The notes beneath the pieces were generated by a model, which ran no database searches, was not told the origin of the DNA, and worked only from the letters and a program-made list of their open reading frames with translations. Of a DNA stretch of 64,000 bases, positions 54,663 to 64,000 are shown one piece after another. Origin of the DNA: Dehalococcoidia bacterium (GTDB taxonomy: Bacteria > Chloroflexota > Dehalococcoidia > Lucifugimonadales > UBA6952); contig JBJKVQ010000020.1 of NCBI GenBank assembly GCA_045562575.1, positions 4,041 through 68,040 of the forward strand, written 5' to 3'. Every line of letters begins with the position of its first letter. Position 1 is the stretch's first letter. The position numbers and the translations under genes were made by a program.

Positions 54663-56294
54663 ATGAATGGTACAGAAGCTATAGCAAGAATATTAAAAAA
54701 AGAAGGTATCGATTGGATATCCTGTTTCCCTTCAAATCCTGTCATTGAAGCAGCTGCTAAAGAAGGGATTAGACCAATAGCTTTCAGACATGAACGTGGC
54801 GGCATGATGGCAGCTGATGGATTCAGTCGTATGAACGACAGAAATCAATTTGGAGTTTTTGCTATGCAAAATCAAGCAGGAGCAGAAAATTCCATGGGTG
54901 GTGTTAGTCAGGCTTTTGCAGATAATATCCCAGTATTAGTACTACCTGGTGCCCCTGCTTTACATAGAATTAATATAAGACCAGAATTCTCTGCAGTAGA
55001 CACATTTCGAAATGTTTTAAAGTACGGTGAATTGGTAAACAAAGCTGACCAAATACCTGATGTTATGAGAAGAGCATTCCATCATCTTAGAAATGGAAGA
55101 CCTGGACCAGTAATGATAGAACTACCTAGTGATGTAGGTGCGTCAGAATTAAATGTAGATGTAGACTCATATCATTCCCCAACAAAAAGTACTCAATTAC
55201 CGTCTAAATCAAATATAAAAGATACAGTTTCAGCATTACTAAAAGCAAAAAATCCTATAATTTGGTCAGGAATGGGTGTTTTATTTTCACAATCAACAGA
55301 AGAACTTAAAGAATTAGCTGAGCTACTCAGCCTCCCTGTATATACTAGTATGCCTGGTAAATCAGGATTTGATGAAACTCACCCGCTATCATTAGGAGCA
55401 GGTTCTGGAGCCACTACTGCAGCTGCAATTAAATGGTTAAACGAATCAGATTTAATTCTTGCTTTAGGTACTAGTTTAACTAGAACCCCTTATGCCAGAA
55501 CTATACCTGAAGGTAAAACTATAATTCATAACGTTGTAAGTGTTGAAGATATTAATAAGGATTACAACGTGGAAATTTCTCTTCCAGGTGATACTCAAGA
55601 AACTATAAAATTAATAATAGATGAAATAAAAGCCCAGGTTGGTGAAAAGGGTAAACAAAGACCTGAAGTAATTAAGGAAATTCAAAGCGTAAAATCAAAA
55701 TGGTTGGAACAATGGTTACCAATATTAACCGACGATCAAGGGCCAATTAATCCATATAGATTAATATGGGAATTAGACCAAACTGTTGATAAAACTAAAA
55801 GCGTAGTAACACATGATGCTGGAGCACCAAGAGATATGATGGTACCGTTCTATAATGCAACTACTCCCCATGGATATGTAGGTTGGGGGAAAACTACTCA
55901 TCTTGGATTTGGTATTCCACTAATGATTGGAGTTAAAAAAGCATTCCCAGACAAATTTTGTGTCAACTTTATGGGTGACGGTGCTTTTGGCATGTCTGGA
56001 TTAGATATTGAAACATCCGTAAGATCAAATTTGCCTATTACTACGATTTTATTAAATAACGGTGGAATGGCCACTTATCCTGGGGGTTTTCCTACAGCCA
56101 GAGAAGTGTATGGTGTTTCACATATGTTTGGAGAATATTGGAAAATAGCTGAAGGAATGGGAGCTACTGGTATCAAAATAACCAAACCTGCAGAAATTAG
56201 ACCTGCCTTAATAGAAGCACAAAAGCTAAATAGTGAAGGAAAAACTGTTCTTATTGACGCACATACTAAATTTGCCGATCAGAGGTCAAATTAA
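54663..56294 (+). CDS. Thiamine diphosphate-dependent enzyme (acetolactate synthase / sulfoacetaldehyde acetyltransferase-like)
   Basis: N-terminal PYR domain ('FRHERGGMMAADGFSR') and the TPP motif 'GDGAFGMSGLDIETSVRSNLPITTILLNNGG'. Confidence 0.85.
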   Translation: MNGTEAIARILKKEGIDWISCFPSNPVIEAAAKEGIRPIAFRHERGGMMAADGFSRMNDRNQFGVFAMQNQAGAENSMGGVSQAFADNIPVLVLPGAPALHRINIRPEFSAVDTFRNVLKYGELVNKADQIPDVMRRAFHHLRNGRPGPVMIELPSDVGASELNVDVDSYHSPTKSTQLPSKSNIKDTVSALLKAKNPIIWSGMGVLFSQSTEELKELAELLSLPVYTSMPGKSGFDETHPLSLGAGSGATTAAAIKWLNESDLILALGTSLTRTPYARTIPEGKTIIHNVVSVEDINKDYNVEISLPGDTQETIKLIIDEIKAQVGEKGKQRPEVIKEIQSVKSKWLEQWLPILTDDQGPINPYRLIWELDQTVDKTKSVVTHDAGAPRDMMVPFYNATTPHGYVGWGKTTHLGFGIPLMIGVKKAFPDKFCVNFMGDGAFGMSGLDIETSVRSNLPITTILLNNGGMATYPGGFPTAREVYGVSHMFGEYWKIAEGMGATGIKITKPAEIRPALIEAQKLNSEGKTVLIDAHTKFADQRSN

Positions 56295-56295
56295 A

Positions 56296-57087
56296 TTAAC
56301 GACCAGTAAATTTAGGATCTCGTTTATCAATAAAGGCTGTAAATCCTTCTCTACAATCATTAGTTCTTGACATGGTTGCTATACCTAAATGTTCTAAAGC
56401 CATCTGAGATTCTAATGATTGTTCAAATGTAGATGCTAATAATTTTTTTGCCATACCAATTGCTGATGTTGCGCCTCTTCCAATTAGTTCAACAATCTTT
56501 TGACCTTCTTCAATTAATGAATCTTCAGAAACAATTCGGCTGATCAAACCCCAGTCCAGTGCTTCTTCAGCACTTAAAACACGATTTGTTATCATAAGAT
56601 CCATCATTTTTCTAATTCCAATAATTCTTGGAAGGAAGTAAGTAGATGAACCATCCGGAGAAAATCCAATTCTTGAATATGCTAATGTAAACTTAGCTGT
56701 GTCTGATGCTACTATAAAATCTGAAGCTCCAACTAAACTTAGACCTGCACCAGCTGCAAATCCTTGTACTATAGATACAACCGGGGCCTTACATCTAGCA
56801 AAATTAGCTATTGATTTGTGTAAATTAGTAGCCATACTTTCTAAGTATTTTTCTAGGTTATCACCCTCTTCATTGAATGCCTTAACATTTCCCCCTCCAC
56901 AAAAAATTTTCCCTTGGCCACTGATTTTTATAGCTCTCAGGTCAAAATTTGTAAGACATATTTCAGACACTTGAGCCATTTCTAATGCCATATCAGACGT
57001 CATAGCATTTGCACTATCTGGATTTGCAAACTCTATATATGCAATTTGATCTTTTATATCAAAATTCAAAGTTTTATAAGAACTCAT
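56296..57087 (-). CDS. Crotonase-superfamily (enoyl-CoA hydratase/isomerase family) protein
   Basis: 'IAYIEFANPDSANAM', 'FCGGGNVKAF' and 'VQGFAAGAGLSLVGASDF'. Both canonical hydratase Glu positions appear substituted by eye. Confidence 0.85.
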   Translation of the reverse strand: MSSYKTLNFDIKDQIAYIEFANPDSANAMTSDMALEMAQVSEICLTNFDLRAIKISGQGKIFCGGGNVKAFNEEGDNLEKYLESMATNLHKSIANFARCKAPVVSIVQGFAAGAGLSLVGASDFIVASDTAKFTLAYSRIGFSPDGSSTYFLPRIIGIRKMMDLMITNRVLSAEEALDWGLISRIVSEDSLIEEGQKIVELIGRGATSAIGMAKKLLASTFEQSLESQMALEHLGIATMSRTNDCREGFTAFIDKRDPKFTGR

Positions 57088-57100
57088 ATTTACCTCTTTT

Positions 57101-57973
57101 TTAGTCTATTTCTGATAACCATTGACTTATCGCCTCTCCGATTTCTTGTGGAGAATCTTCTTGAATAAAATGTAACCCTTTCACAACAACTTCTTTTTGA
57201 TTGGGCCACTGTCTACAGAATTCCCTCTGTGCACCTGTGAGTATAGATCCTGGTTCGGCATTAATGAATAATTTCGGCAATTTACTCTCATTCATAAATT
57301 CAGCATAATTACCAATTACTTCAACCATATGTTTTGGTTCTCCAGAAATTGGAATTTCTCTTGGCCATACCAAAGTTGGCAATCTTGATTCTTTAATTGA
57401 ATATGGAGATCTATAAATTTCCATAGCACTGTCAGAAACACCATTAATAACGCTATTGGGGAGTATCCTCTCAACAAAAATATTTTTTTCAAAAATTAAT
57501 TCTTCTCCTACATCTGATCGAAGTAAATTAAATATATTTTTAGCACTTTCTGGCCACTCTTCCCAAGATATTGGTCTAACCAAGGCTTCCATATAAACAA
57601 TACCTTTTACTCTTTCAGGATTATTATATGCCCAATGAAACCCAAGAGCAGAACCCCAGTCATGGATTACTAATGTTATTTTTTCTTCAGGTACAACTTT
57701 TTCAATAAATTCAGCTAAATAATTATAATGTTCTATAAAGGTATATCCACAATTTTCAGGCTTGCCAGAATCTCCCATCCCTATTAAATCAGGAGCTATA
57801 CAGCGAGAACTTTCATCTAGCAAAGGAATGATATTTCGCCACAGAAAGGACGAAGTTGGGTTCCCGTGTAAAAACATAACTACATCACCACTTCCACTAT
57901 CGACATACGACATAAATGAGCTATTTATATCTACTGTTTTTCTTGGATAATTATCATCTGAACTAATTTGCAT
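57101..57973 (-). CDS. Haloalkane dehalogenase, HLD-II subfamily (LinB/DhaA-like)
   Basis: Near-collinear with LinB/DhaA as I recall them: 'FLHGNPTSSFLWRNI' (Asn), 'VIHDWGSALGF' (Asp nucleophile + Trp), 'YMEAL' (Glu), 'LFINAEPG' and 'GLHFIQEDSPQEIG' (His). Confidence 0.92.
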   Translation of the reverse strand: MQISSDDNYPRKTVDINSSFMSYVDSGSGDVVMFLHGNPTSSFLWRNIIPLLDESSRCIAPDLIGMGDSGKPENCGYTFIEHYNYLAEFIEKVVPEEKITLVIHDWGSALGFHWAYNNPERVKGIVYMEALVRPISWEEWPESAKNIFNLLRSDVGEELIFEKNIFVERILPNSVINGVSDSAMEIYRSPYSIKESRLPTLVWPREIPISGEPKHMVEVIGNYAEFMNESKLPKLFINAEPGSILTGAQREFCRQWPNQKEVVVKGLHFIQEDSPQEIGEAISQWLSEID

Positions 57974-57976
57974 AAT

Positions 57977-58849
57977 TTAAATACTCCGAATGTTTTTTAT
58001 TAATAATTTAGCCATATCGTAATCTCTTTTGCCCCCATTTTCTATTGGTGGTACTAAGTAGATTTTGTTTAAACCTAAGCTTAATAATTCCTGGATGAAC
58101 TTCAAAGCAATTTCCAATGAAGAATTATTGACTTTCAATTCATTTTCTATATGTTCTGGAATATTGCCCCAATTTTTTCCAGTATTAGAAAGCATTTGTA
58201 CACCATAAAAAACTGGCTTTTCAAGAGAATGACCGTATTCTAAATAATAAGATTTATGGAAATCTAAAATAAATCTTGAATCATAACAAGGTTGAGAAAT
58301 AAAAAAATCGGTCCCATTAGTTATTTTTTTTCTTACTAATTTTATTTCATTTATTTGCGGCACCTTGGAAAAGTCAATTGCACTACCAATGCTAAATTTT
58401 GTAGGAGAATCTAATCTTCTTTGTTGAAAATCTATTCCACGATTTAAATTAACAATATCGGAAATTAAAGACGTCGGAGTATAATTGTATACATTTTTTG
58501 CAGAAACTTTTTGGTCTGCAAAATCATCTCCATTAACAATAAATACATTATGTAAATCTAATATTTGAGCACCGAGCAAATTACTTTGAATAGCAAGTTT
58601 ATTCATATCCCTGCAATTCATAGTAAATATCACATTTTGATCTTGTTCTGAACTTAATTTATATGCAAAAGGAATGGGAGCTGATCTAACTGATGCACCC
58701 GGACTATCAATAACTAATAGAAAGTCCGAATTAATATTTACTATTGATTTATACCCAATATCACTTAAACCTTTAGGTGGTGAAATATCTGTTATAAATA
58801 CATTACCAAGGTTTTTTTCTATTTCTTCTATTTCTTGAATAAATCCCAT
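57977..58849 (-). CDS. Methylenetetrahydrofolate reductase (MetF/MTHFR)-family protein, divergent
   Basis: By-eye collinearity with MetF: 'FITDISPPKG' (FEFFPP), 'IFTMNCRDMN' (HLTC.D), 'FIVNGDD' (ALRGD) and 'FFISQPCYD' (ITQ.FFD). Confidence 0.5.
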   Translation of the reverse strand: MGFIQEIEEIEKNLGNVFITDISPPKGLSDIGYKSIVNINSDFLLVIDSPGASVRSAPIPFAYKLSSEQDQNVIFTMNCRDMNKLAIQSNLLGAQILDLHNVFIVNGDDFADQKVSAKNVYNYTPTSLISDIVNLNRGIDFQQRRLDSPTKFSIGSAIDFSKVPQINEIKLVRKKITNGTDFFISQPCYDSRFILDFHKSYYLEYGHSLEKPVFYGVQMLSNTGKNWGNIPEHIENELKVNNSSLEIALKFIQELLSLGLNKIYLVPPIENGGKRDYDMAKLLIKNIRSI

Positions 58850-58919
58850 ATCATATGTTCACAAAAGAAAATTTAATTTAATTAATGATTTTTATAATTA
58901 TAATAACTGGATAACAAAA

Positions 58920-59753
58920 ATGAGTACAATATATTTTGTTGGCACACCTATAGGTAATTTAAGTGATATAACGATACGAGCTCTTGAAATACTACGTGAA
59001 GTAAATTTGATATTAGCCGAGGATACCAGAAATACCAAAAAATTATTAAATAGGTATGAGATTAAAACAAAATTATTAAGTTATCATGAACATAATAAAA
59101 ATTTACGCCTCCCCGAAATAATGGAAGCATTAAATAATGGAGATATTGCACTCGTTTCAGATGCTGGTACCCCAAGCATTCATGACCCAGGAACATTACT
59201 AGCAAACGAAATTCTAGAAACTAATCATGCAATTGTACCTATACCCGGACCATCGGCGATAACAACTGCACTTTCTGTTTCAGGATTAAATTCAGAACAT
59301 TTTACATTTTTTGGTTTTTTGCCTCATCAAAAGATGAAAAGAGAGAAAATAATTTCTATGGTATCTTCTATGGAAAATACATCAATTTTCTTTGAAACAC
59401 CACATAGGCTGGTATCAACTTTAGATTTACTCGAAAAATTATTAGATCCCTATAGAAAGATTGTTGTATGTAGAGAACTGACAAAAATATATGAGGAAAT
59501 TGTAAAAACTACCGTATCGGAAGTTAAATCAAAATTTCCAAACCCAAAAGGCGAGTTTACAATTGCAATTGAAGGAAAGTCAGACTTTTCTGAAACTAAG
59601 TTAACAAAAGAAAAAATATTGAATGAAATTAATGAAGATCTTAAAATACTAAAAAAAGCAGGCTCAGGACCCAAAGAAGGTATTCAGTGGATTATGAAGC
59701 ATTATCCACGCATAAGCAAAAAAGAAATTTATGATATTTGGATTACAATTTAA
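58920..59753 (+). CDS. rsmI: 16S rRNA (cytidine1402-2'-O)-methyltransferase
   Basis: 'IYFVGTPIGNLSDITIRALEILREVNLILAEDTRNTKKLL', 'VSDAGTPSIHDPG' and 'FFETPHRL'. Confidence 0.9.
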   Translation: MSTIYFVGTPIGNLSDITIRALEILREVNLILAEDTRNTKKLLNRYEIKTKLLSYHEHNKNLRLPEIMEALNNGDIALVSDAGTPSIHDPGTLLANEILETNHAIVPIPGPSAITTALSVSGLNSEHFTFFGFLPHQKMKREKIISMVSSMENTSIFFETPHRLVSTLDLLEKLLDPYRKIVVCRELTKIYEEIVKTTVSEVKSKFPNPKGEFTIAIEGKSDFSETKLTKEKILNEINEDLKILKKAGSGPKEGIQWIMKHYPRISKKEIYDIWITI

Positions 59754-59834
59754 TAATTCCAAAAAAATATTTGATTTGTAAGAAAAAATTAGTTTAAAAT
59801 AGATATCTAATCCACAACCGTAAAGAGGGTACAT

Positions 59835-61490
59835 TTGTCAGAAAATATCTTGGTCGCAACTGCTTGGCCATATACAAATAATTATCTTCATTTAGGACAT
59901 ATAGCAGGTTGTTATTTGCCCGCAGATATTTTTGCTCGTTATCAACGAGCTCGTGGTAACACAGTAATCATGGTGTCAGGTAGTGACCAGCATGGTACAC
60001 CTGTCACTATTGCAGCAGAAGCTGAAGGCGTTCAACCAATAGATATTGTGAATAAATATAGAAAGAATCATTTGGAAGTTTGGGAAAATCTTGGTATATC
60101 TTATGATCTATTCACAACTACTGGTACACAAAACCATATTGATACTGTTCAAGATATATTTACAAAATTATATGATAAGGGATTAATTTACAAAAAATAT
60201 ATGACTTTACTATATTCTAAAATTGACAACAGGTTCCTTGCAGATCGTTATGTTGAAGGAACTTGCCCTGATTGTAAATACGAAAGAGCTCGTGGCGATC
60301 AATGTGATCAATGTGGTAAACCTATGGACGCACTTGAACTGATCAATCCTATTAGTAAATTAAGTGGTGATACTCCAATACCTAAAGAATCTGAACATTT
60401 CTTTTTAAAATTAAGTGATTTAGAAAAACCCTTATTAGAATGGATAAAAAAGAATGATTATTGGAAACCAAATGTAAAAAATTTTAGTTTGAAATATCTG
60501 ACAGAAGGATTGAAAGACAGAGCTATAACTCGTGACATTGAATGGGGAATACCAATACCATTAGACGGATATGAAACTAAAAGAATTTATGTTTGGTTTG
60601 AAGCAGTAATTGGATATTTGTCTGCCTCCAAAGAATGGGCTCAAATTCAAGAAAAACCCAAAGAGTGGGAAAAGTTTTGGTTTAATAAAAATGCACGTAG
60701 TTATTACTTTTTAGGGAAAGATAACATACCGTTTCATACAATAATTTGGCCTGGCATATTACTAGGGTATGAAAATCATAATTTACCCTATGATGTACCT
60801 GCAAATGAATATATGAATCTTTCTGGAGGAAAATTTTCTAAAAGTGAAAATAGAGCTGTATGGGCTCATGAATTTTTGGAAAAATTCTCTGCTGATGCAT
60901 TAAGATATTATATTGTTTCTAATATGCCAGAAAACAGTGATTCCGATTTTACTTGGGAAGAATTTTTAAGAAGAAATAATGATGAATTAGTTGCAACTTT
61001 AGGAAATTTAATCCACAGAATACTTACTTTTACATTTAAAAATTTTGATAGTCAAATTCCAGAATGTAAAGAACTAGAAACTAGTGATAAAAAGTTAATT
61101 TCAGAAATTTTTTCGACCAAAGAAAATGTTGAGTTAAATTTAGATATTTGTAAATTTCGCGAGTCCATGAGACAAATTATGAGTCTTGCACAAAATACTA
61201 ATAGATACTTAGATTCAGAAGCTCCTTGGCATACAATAAAGACAGATAAAGAGCGAACTGGAACAATAATGTGGGTCGCTCTATACTCAATTAGTGCTAT
61301 AAAAACATTTCTATCTCCATTCATGCCAAATGCATCTGAGAAATTAGGTGATTATCTAGGAATAGTTAGTGATATAGGTAAACCTACGTGGGATATTGTA
61401 CAACCTCATTCTGGAACTAGACTTGAACCCCCTCTTCCTTTATTTAAAAAACTTGAACTTGATATAGAAAATCCGTTAGCAAATGAATAG
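59835..61490 (+). CDS. metG: Methionine--tRNA ligase (short form, no C-terminal tRNA-binding domain)
   Basis: 'YTNNYLHLGHIAG' (HIGH), the zinc knuckle 'CPDCKYERARGDQCDQCG' and 'KFSKSEN' (KMSKS). TTG start. Confidence 0.96.
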   Translation: MSENILVATAWPYTNNYLHLGHIAGCYLPADIFARYQRARGNTVIMVSGSDQHGTPVTIAAEAEGVQPIDIVNKYRKNHLEVWENLGISYDLFTTTGTQNHIDTVQDIFTKLYDKGLIYKKYMTLLYSKIDNRFLADRYVEGTCPDCKYERARGDQCDQCGKPMDALELINPISKLSGDTPIPKESEHFFLKLSDLEKPLLEWIKKNDYWKPNVKNFSLKYLTEGLKDRAITRDIEWGIPIPLDGYETKRIYVWFEAVIGYLSASKEWAQIQEKPKEWEKFWFNKNARSYYFLGKDNIPFHTIIWPGILLGYENHNLPYDVPANEYMNLSGGKFSKSENRAVWAHEFLEKFSADALRYYIVSNMPENSDSDFTWEEFLRRNNDELVATLGNLIHRILTFTFKNFDSQIPECKELETSDKKLISEIFSTKENVELNLDICKFRESMRQIMSLAQNTNRYLDSEAPWHTIKTDKERTGTIMWVALYSISAIKTFLSPFMPNASEKLGDYLGIVSDIGKPTWDIVQPHSGTRLEPPLPLFKKLELDIENPLANE

Positions 61491-62466
61491 TATAGAAAAA
61501 ATCGATATAGTAAATATTTATAAACCCATACAGCAATCGTTAAATATCGTAGATGAAAATCTGATTAACCTTCCTGTAAACCAACATCCAACACTTGCAA
61601 AGCCGCTCTATCATATTTCTAAATCTAGTGGAAAAAGAATGCGGGCAGCAATTACTTTGTTGGCAGCACAAACACAAAAGCCTACAACAAAAGAATCAAT
61701 AACTATGGCTACAGCTATAGAACTATTCCACTTAGCTTCTTTAATTCATGATGATGCGATTGATAAATCTGCTGTCCGAAGAGGAGAGGAAACAATAAGT
61801 AACCTTTATGGAACAGATATGGCAATATTAATTGGTGACTTGGTATTTGCTAATTCGGCATCCACGGTTTGTGATACAGGAAATATTCATGCTATACAAA
61901 GATTTTCAGAAACAACAATGGAGGTTTCTACAGGACAAATATTAGAAACTTCACAGAAATTTAATACGCAACAAAATTTTGAAGGATACTTGGAAAGAAT
62001 ATATAAAAAAACAGCTTCAGTTTTTGAAACTTCGGCAGAAACAGGAGCAATAATTTCAGGTTGCTCTAAAGAAAAAATAACTCTCTTAAAATCGTATGGC
62101 TATAACTTGGGTATGGCATTTCAAATTATTGACGATATATTGGACTTTGAAGGTGATCCAAATGAATTTGGTAAACCTGTAGGTCAAGATTTAGACCAAG
62201 GACTACTAACATTACCATCACTTATTTATTTAGAAAAGTTTCCTAACGAAACAAATATACTTTCCTTATTTTCAGAAGGTGATTCTGAAAACCATAAACT
62301 TAAAATAATTGAAAGTATTTTGAATTCTCAAATTATTGAAGAGTGTTATATCAAAGCTCAATATTACTGTGATATTGGTAAACAAATGTTAGAAGAATTT
62401 CCAAATTCTGAGGAAAAGAATTCTCTTAGCCTATTACTTGATTATGTTATTGAAAGAAGACAATAA
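61483..62466 (+). CDS. Long-chain (hepta/octaprenyl-type) polyprenyl diphosphate synthase
   Basis: FARM 'LIHDDAIDKS' and SARM 'QIIDDILDF'. Overlaps the metG stop by 8 nt. Confidence 0.88.
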   Translation: MNSIEKIDIVNIYKPIQQSLNIVDENLINLPVNQHPTLAKPLYHISKSSGKRMRAAITLLAAQTQKPTTKESITMATAIELFHLASLIHDDAIDKSAVRRGEETISNLYGTDMAILIGDLVFANSASTVCDTGNIHAIQRFSETTMEVSTGQILETSQKFNTQQNFEGYLERIYKKTASVFETSAETGAIISGCSKEKITLLKSYGYNLGMAFQIIDDILDFEGDPNEFGKPVGQDLDQGLLTLPSLIYLEKFPNETNILSLFSEGDSENHKLKIIESILNSQIIEECYIKAQYYCDIGKQMLEEFPNSEEKNSLSLLLDYVIERRQ

Positions 62467-62480
62467 AAGTATTTTTTTAT

Positions 62481-63998
62481 TTATCTTAGTAAACATCCAT
62501 CTTTGATAATGGTATCTATTGCTAATTTATGGACATTATTTTTATTTATATTTTGTAAATTGTGGTTTAGAACAACAAAATTCGCTTTATCTCCTACATT
62601 TAATTGATCAGGTATTATTTCTTTAGCGCTAACATAATTTATTCCTTTTGTAATTAACCATATCGATTCAATAATGCCAATAGATTCACTGATTTGATAT
62701 GTGTTACCTAATTGATCCTTTCGATTAACCATAGCTTGAATGTTTATCATAGGATCAGGGTTTCCATAAGGAGCATCAGATCCAATAGCTAGGTTAAATC
62801 TATTGTCTAGTAAGGTTCGATAATTAAACGTGTCAGGTTGGAGTATTTTAGGTATTCTCTGAGTGTACCTAAATCCGTTTTTAAAAATAAAGGAAGGATT
62901 AACTACTAAATTAACACCTAGTTTTTTAGTTTTAGATATAACTTGTGGAGTAGCTTCAGTAAAATGTTCAATTCTGTCCTTATGGAATGGTTTTTTGTGT
63001 GAATAAACTATTAGCAAAGCGTCCAAAGCTAAATTAATCTCTTCTTGAGTAACTGCATGAATTGCTACTGGGAATCCATGGTTATGTGATTTTGATATTT
63101 GATTTCTAAGTTCATCCAATTTTGGATATAGGCTCCCAGAAATTGAACTAACAATTATTTTGGTATGCCCTAAAGTCATATTATTATCCGTATATCCAAA
63201 ATATAAACCCTTATCAATAAATTCATCTAAATGGTCTATACCAGGTAATAAAGTAATCCAGGGAGAAGACTGTAAATTGTTACTGTGGTTTAGGCAAAAA
63301 TTCCATTTTTCTAGATCATTGTTAATAGAAGCATCATGAATATAAAATATTCCCATATGTACAAGTTGTTCTAGGGTATTTGAAATATTAAGTTCTGTTT
63401 GGGTTTCTTGTTCTTTCTCCCTCATTAACGCTGAAATTTGTTCATTCATATCAAAAAACCATCCAGTAAGATTACCATTATTGTCACGGTCAATTAGACC
63501 TCTTTGATAATCTTCTGATGCAGAATTAATACTTAATCGTTTCATAGCTAAACTATTCATAAAACAAGCATGCCCAGATCTGTGACTAATTTTGACTGGG
63601 TTATTTACAGAGGTGTTGTCCAAAATATCTAATGTTACCGGGTCATCTAGATCCATTTCATCAAAACCATCACATAGTATCCAACTACCTTTTGGTGAAT
63701 TTTCTATATTATTAGAAATAATGTTTAAAAGTTGATTAGTGTTTTTCACTTTCGGATATGAAACATCTACTTGATTCAAACTTGAAGAATACGAAAATAA
63801 ATGTATATGTGCATCAGAAAAACCAGTAAGAAGTGTTTTCCCTTCACAATCAAAAATCTGTGTATTAGAAAACTCTTTGCTATCAATATAATCTAGATCT
63901 ATAGACTGTATTACACCATTTGCAATATGAATATTTGATTGTGAAAGATCAAATCTATTTTTTAAAATAGTTGCATTTAATAAAAATAAATCGTCCAT
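62481..63998 (-). CDS. Amidohydrolase-3 (YtcJ-like) metal-dependent hydrolase
   Basis: 'GFSDAHIHLF', 'VAIHAV', 'DRIEHF' and 'IGSDAPYG'. The ORF start lies 2 nt from the window edge. Confidence 0.8.
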   Translation of the reverse strand: MDDLFLLNATILKNRFDLSQSNIHIANGVIQSIDLDYIDSKEFSNTQIFDCEGKTLLTGFSDAHIHLFSYSSSLNQVDVSYPKVKNTNQLLNIISNNIENSPKGSWILCDGFDEMDLDDPVTLDILDNTSVNNPVKISHRSGHACFMNSLAMKRLSINSASEDYQRGLIDRDNNGNLTGWFFDMNEQISALMREKEQETQTELNISNTLEQLVHMGIFYIHDASINNDLEKWNFCLNHSNNLQSSPWITLLPGIDHLDEFIDKGLYFGYTDNNMTLGHTKIIVSSISGSLYPKLDELRNQISKSHNHGFPVAIHAVTQEEINLALDALLIVYSHKKPFHKDRIEHFTEATPQVISKTKKLGVNLVVNPSFIFKNGFRYTQRIPKILQPDTFNYRTLLDNRFNLAIGSDAPYGNPDPMINIQAMVNRKDQLGNTYQISESIGIIESIWLITKGINYVSAKEIIPDQLNVGDKANFVVLNHNLQNINKNNVHKLAIDTIIKDGCLLR

Positions 63999-64000
63999 TT

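Overview
This is a visibly AT-rich, very gene-dense chromosomal segment. Intergenic gaps are mostly under 150 nt, several co-directional genes overlap, and four convergent gene pairs overlap at their stop codons. I can support about 68 CDS and 5 tRNA genes: Ser-GGA, Leu-TAA, and a Cys-GCA/Leu-GAG/Trp-CCA cluster. I found no rRNA, CRISPR array, transposase, prophage or recognisable defence genes.

Housekeeping content: tRNA-Ser, topA, a Xer recombinase, aroQ, an Xaa-Pro peptidase, efp, tig-clpP-clpX, aspS, hisS, metG, prfA-prmC, relA/spoT, rpsT, queG, trmL, rsmI, ogt and a polyprenyl synthase. A complete caa3-type cytochrome c oxidase locus is present (ctaC-D-E-F, an unknown 4-TM ORF, and Bacillus-type ctaG). 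It sits divergent from a fused ctaA-ctaB gene followed by a Sco1-like gene.

Interspersed are many catabolic paralog genes: MaoC/hotdog hydratases, two acyl-CoA dehydrogenases, PrpD/MmgE, amidohydrolases, DUF1028, NIPSNAP, DUF1330, SDRs, a crotonase, a TPP enzyme and a LinB/DhaA-type haloalkane dehalogenase. The gene order (aroQ-pepP-efp, topA-xer, tig-clpP-clpX, caa3 with CtaF/CtaG) and this paralog load suggest a streamlined marine member of the Terrabacteria, possibly a SAR202-like Chloroflexota. That is inference only.

I do not see a convincing new multi-gene 'system' of the defence or mobile type; most of the window is ordinary core genome. The observations most worth follow-up are:
1. 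An MTHFR-like / haloalkane dehalogenase / crotonase operon (56296-58849).
2. A perfect CRP-type palindrome lying on the predicted transcription start of the oxidase operon (51932-51949).
3. An EF-P with a non-canonical modification loop, followed by a divergent PurN-like formyltransferase (7815-9150).
4. Two tandem hotdog hydratase pairs fused across the pair boundary (751-2788).
5. An adjacent acyl-CoA dehydrogenase pair lacking the canonical catalytic Glu (40980-43397).

All motif alignments were made by eye and need computational confirmation.
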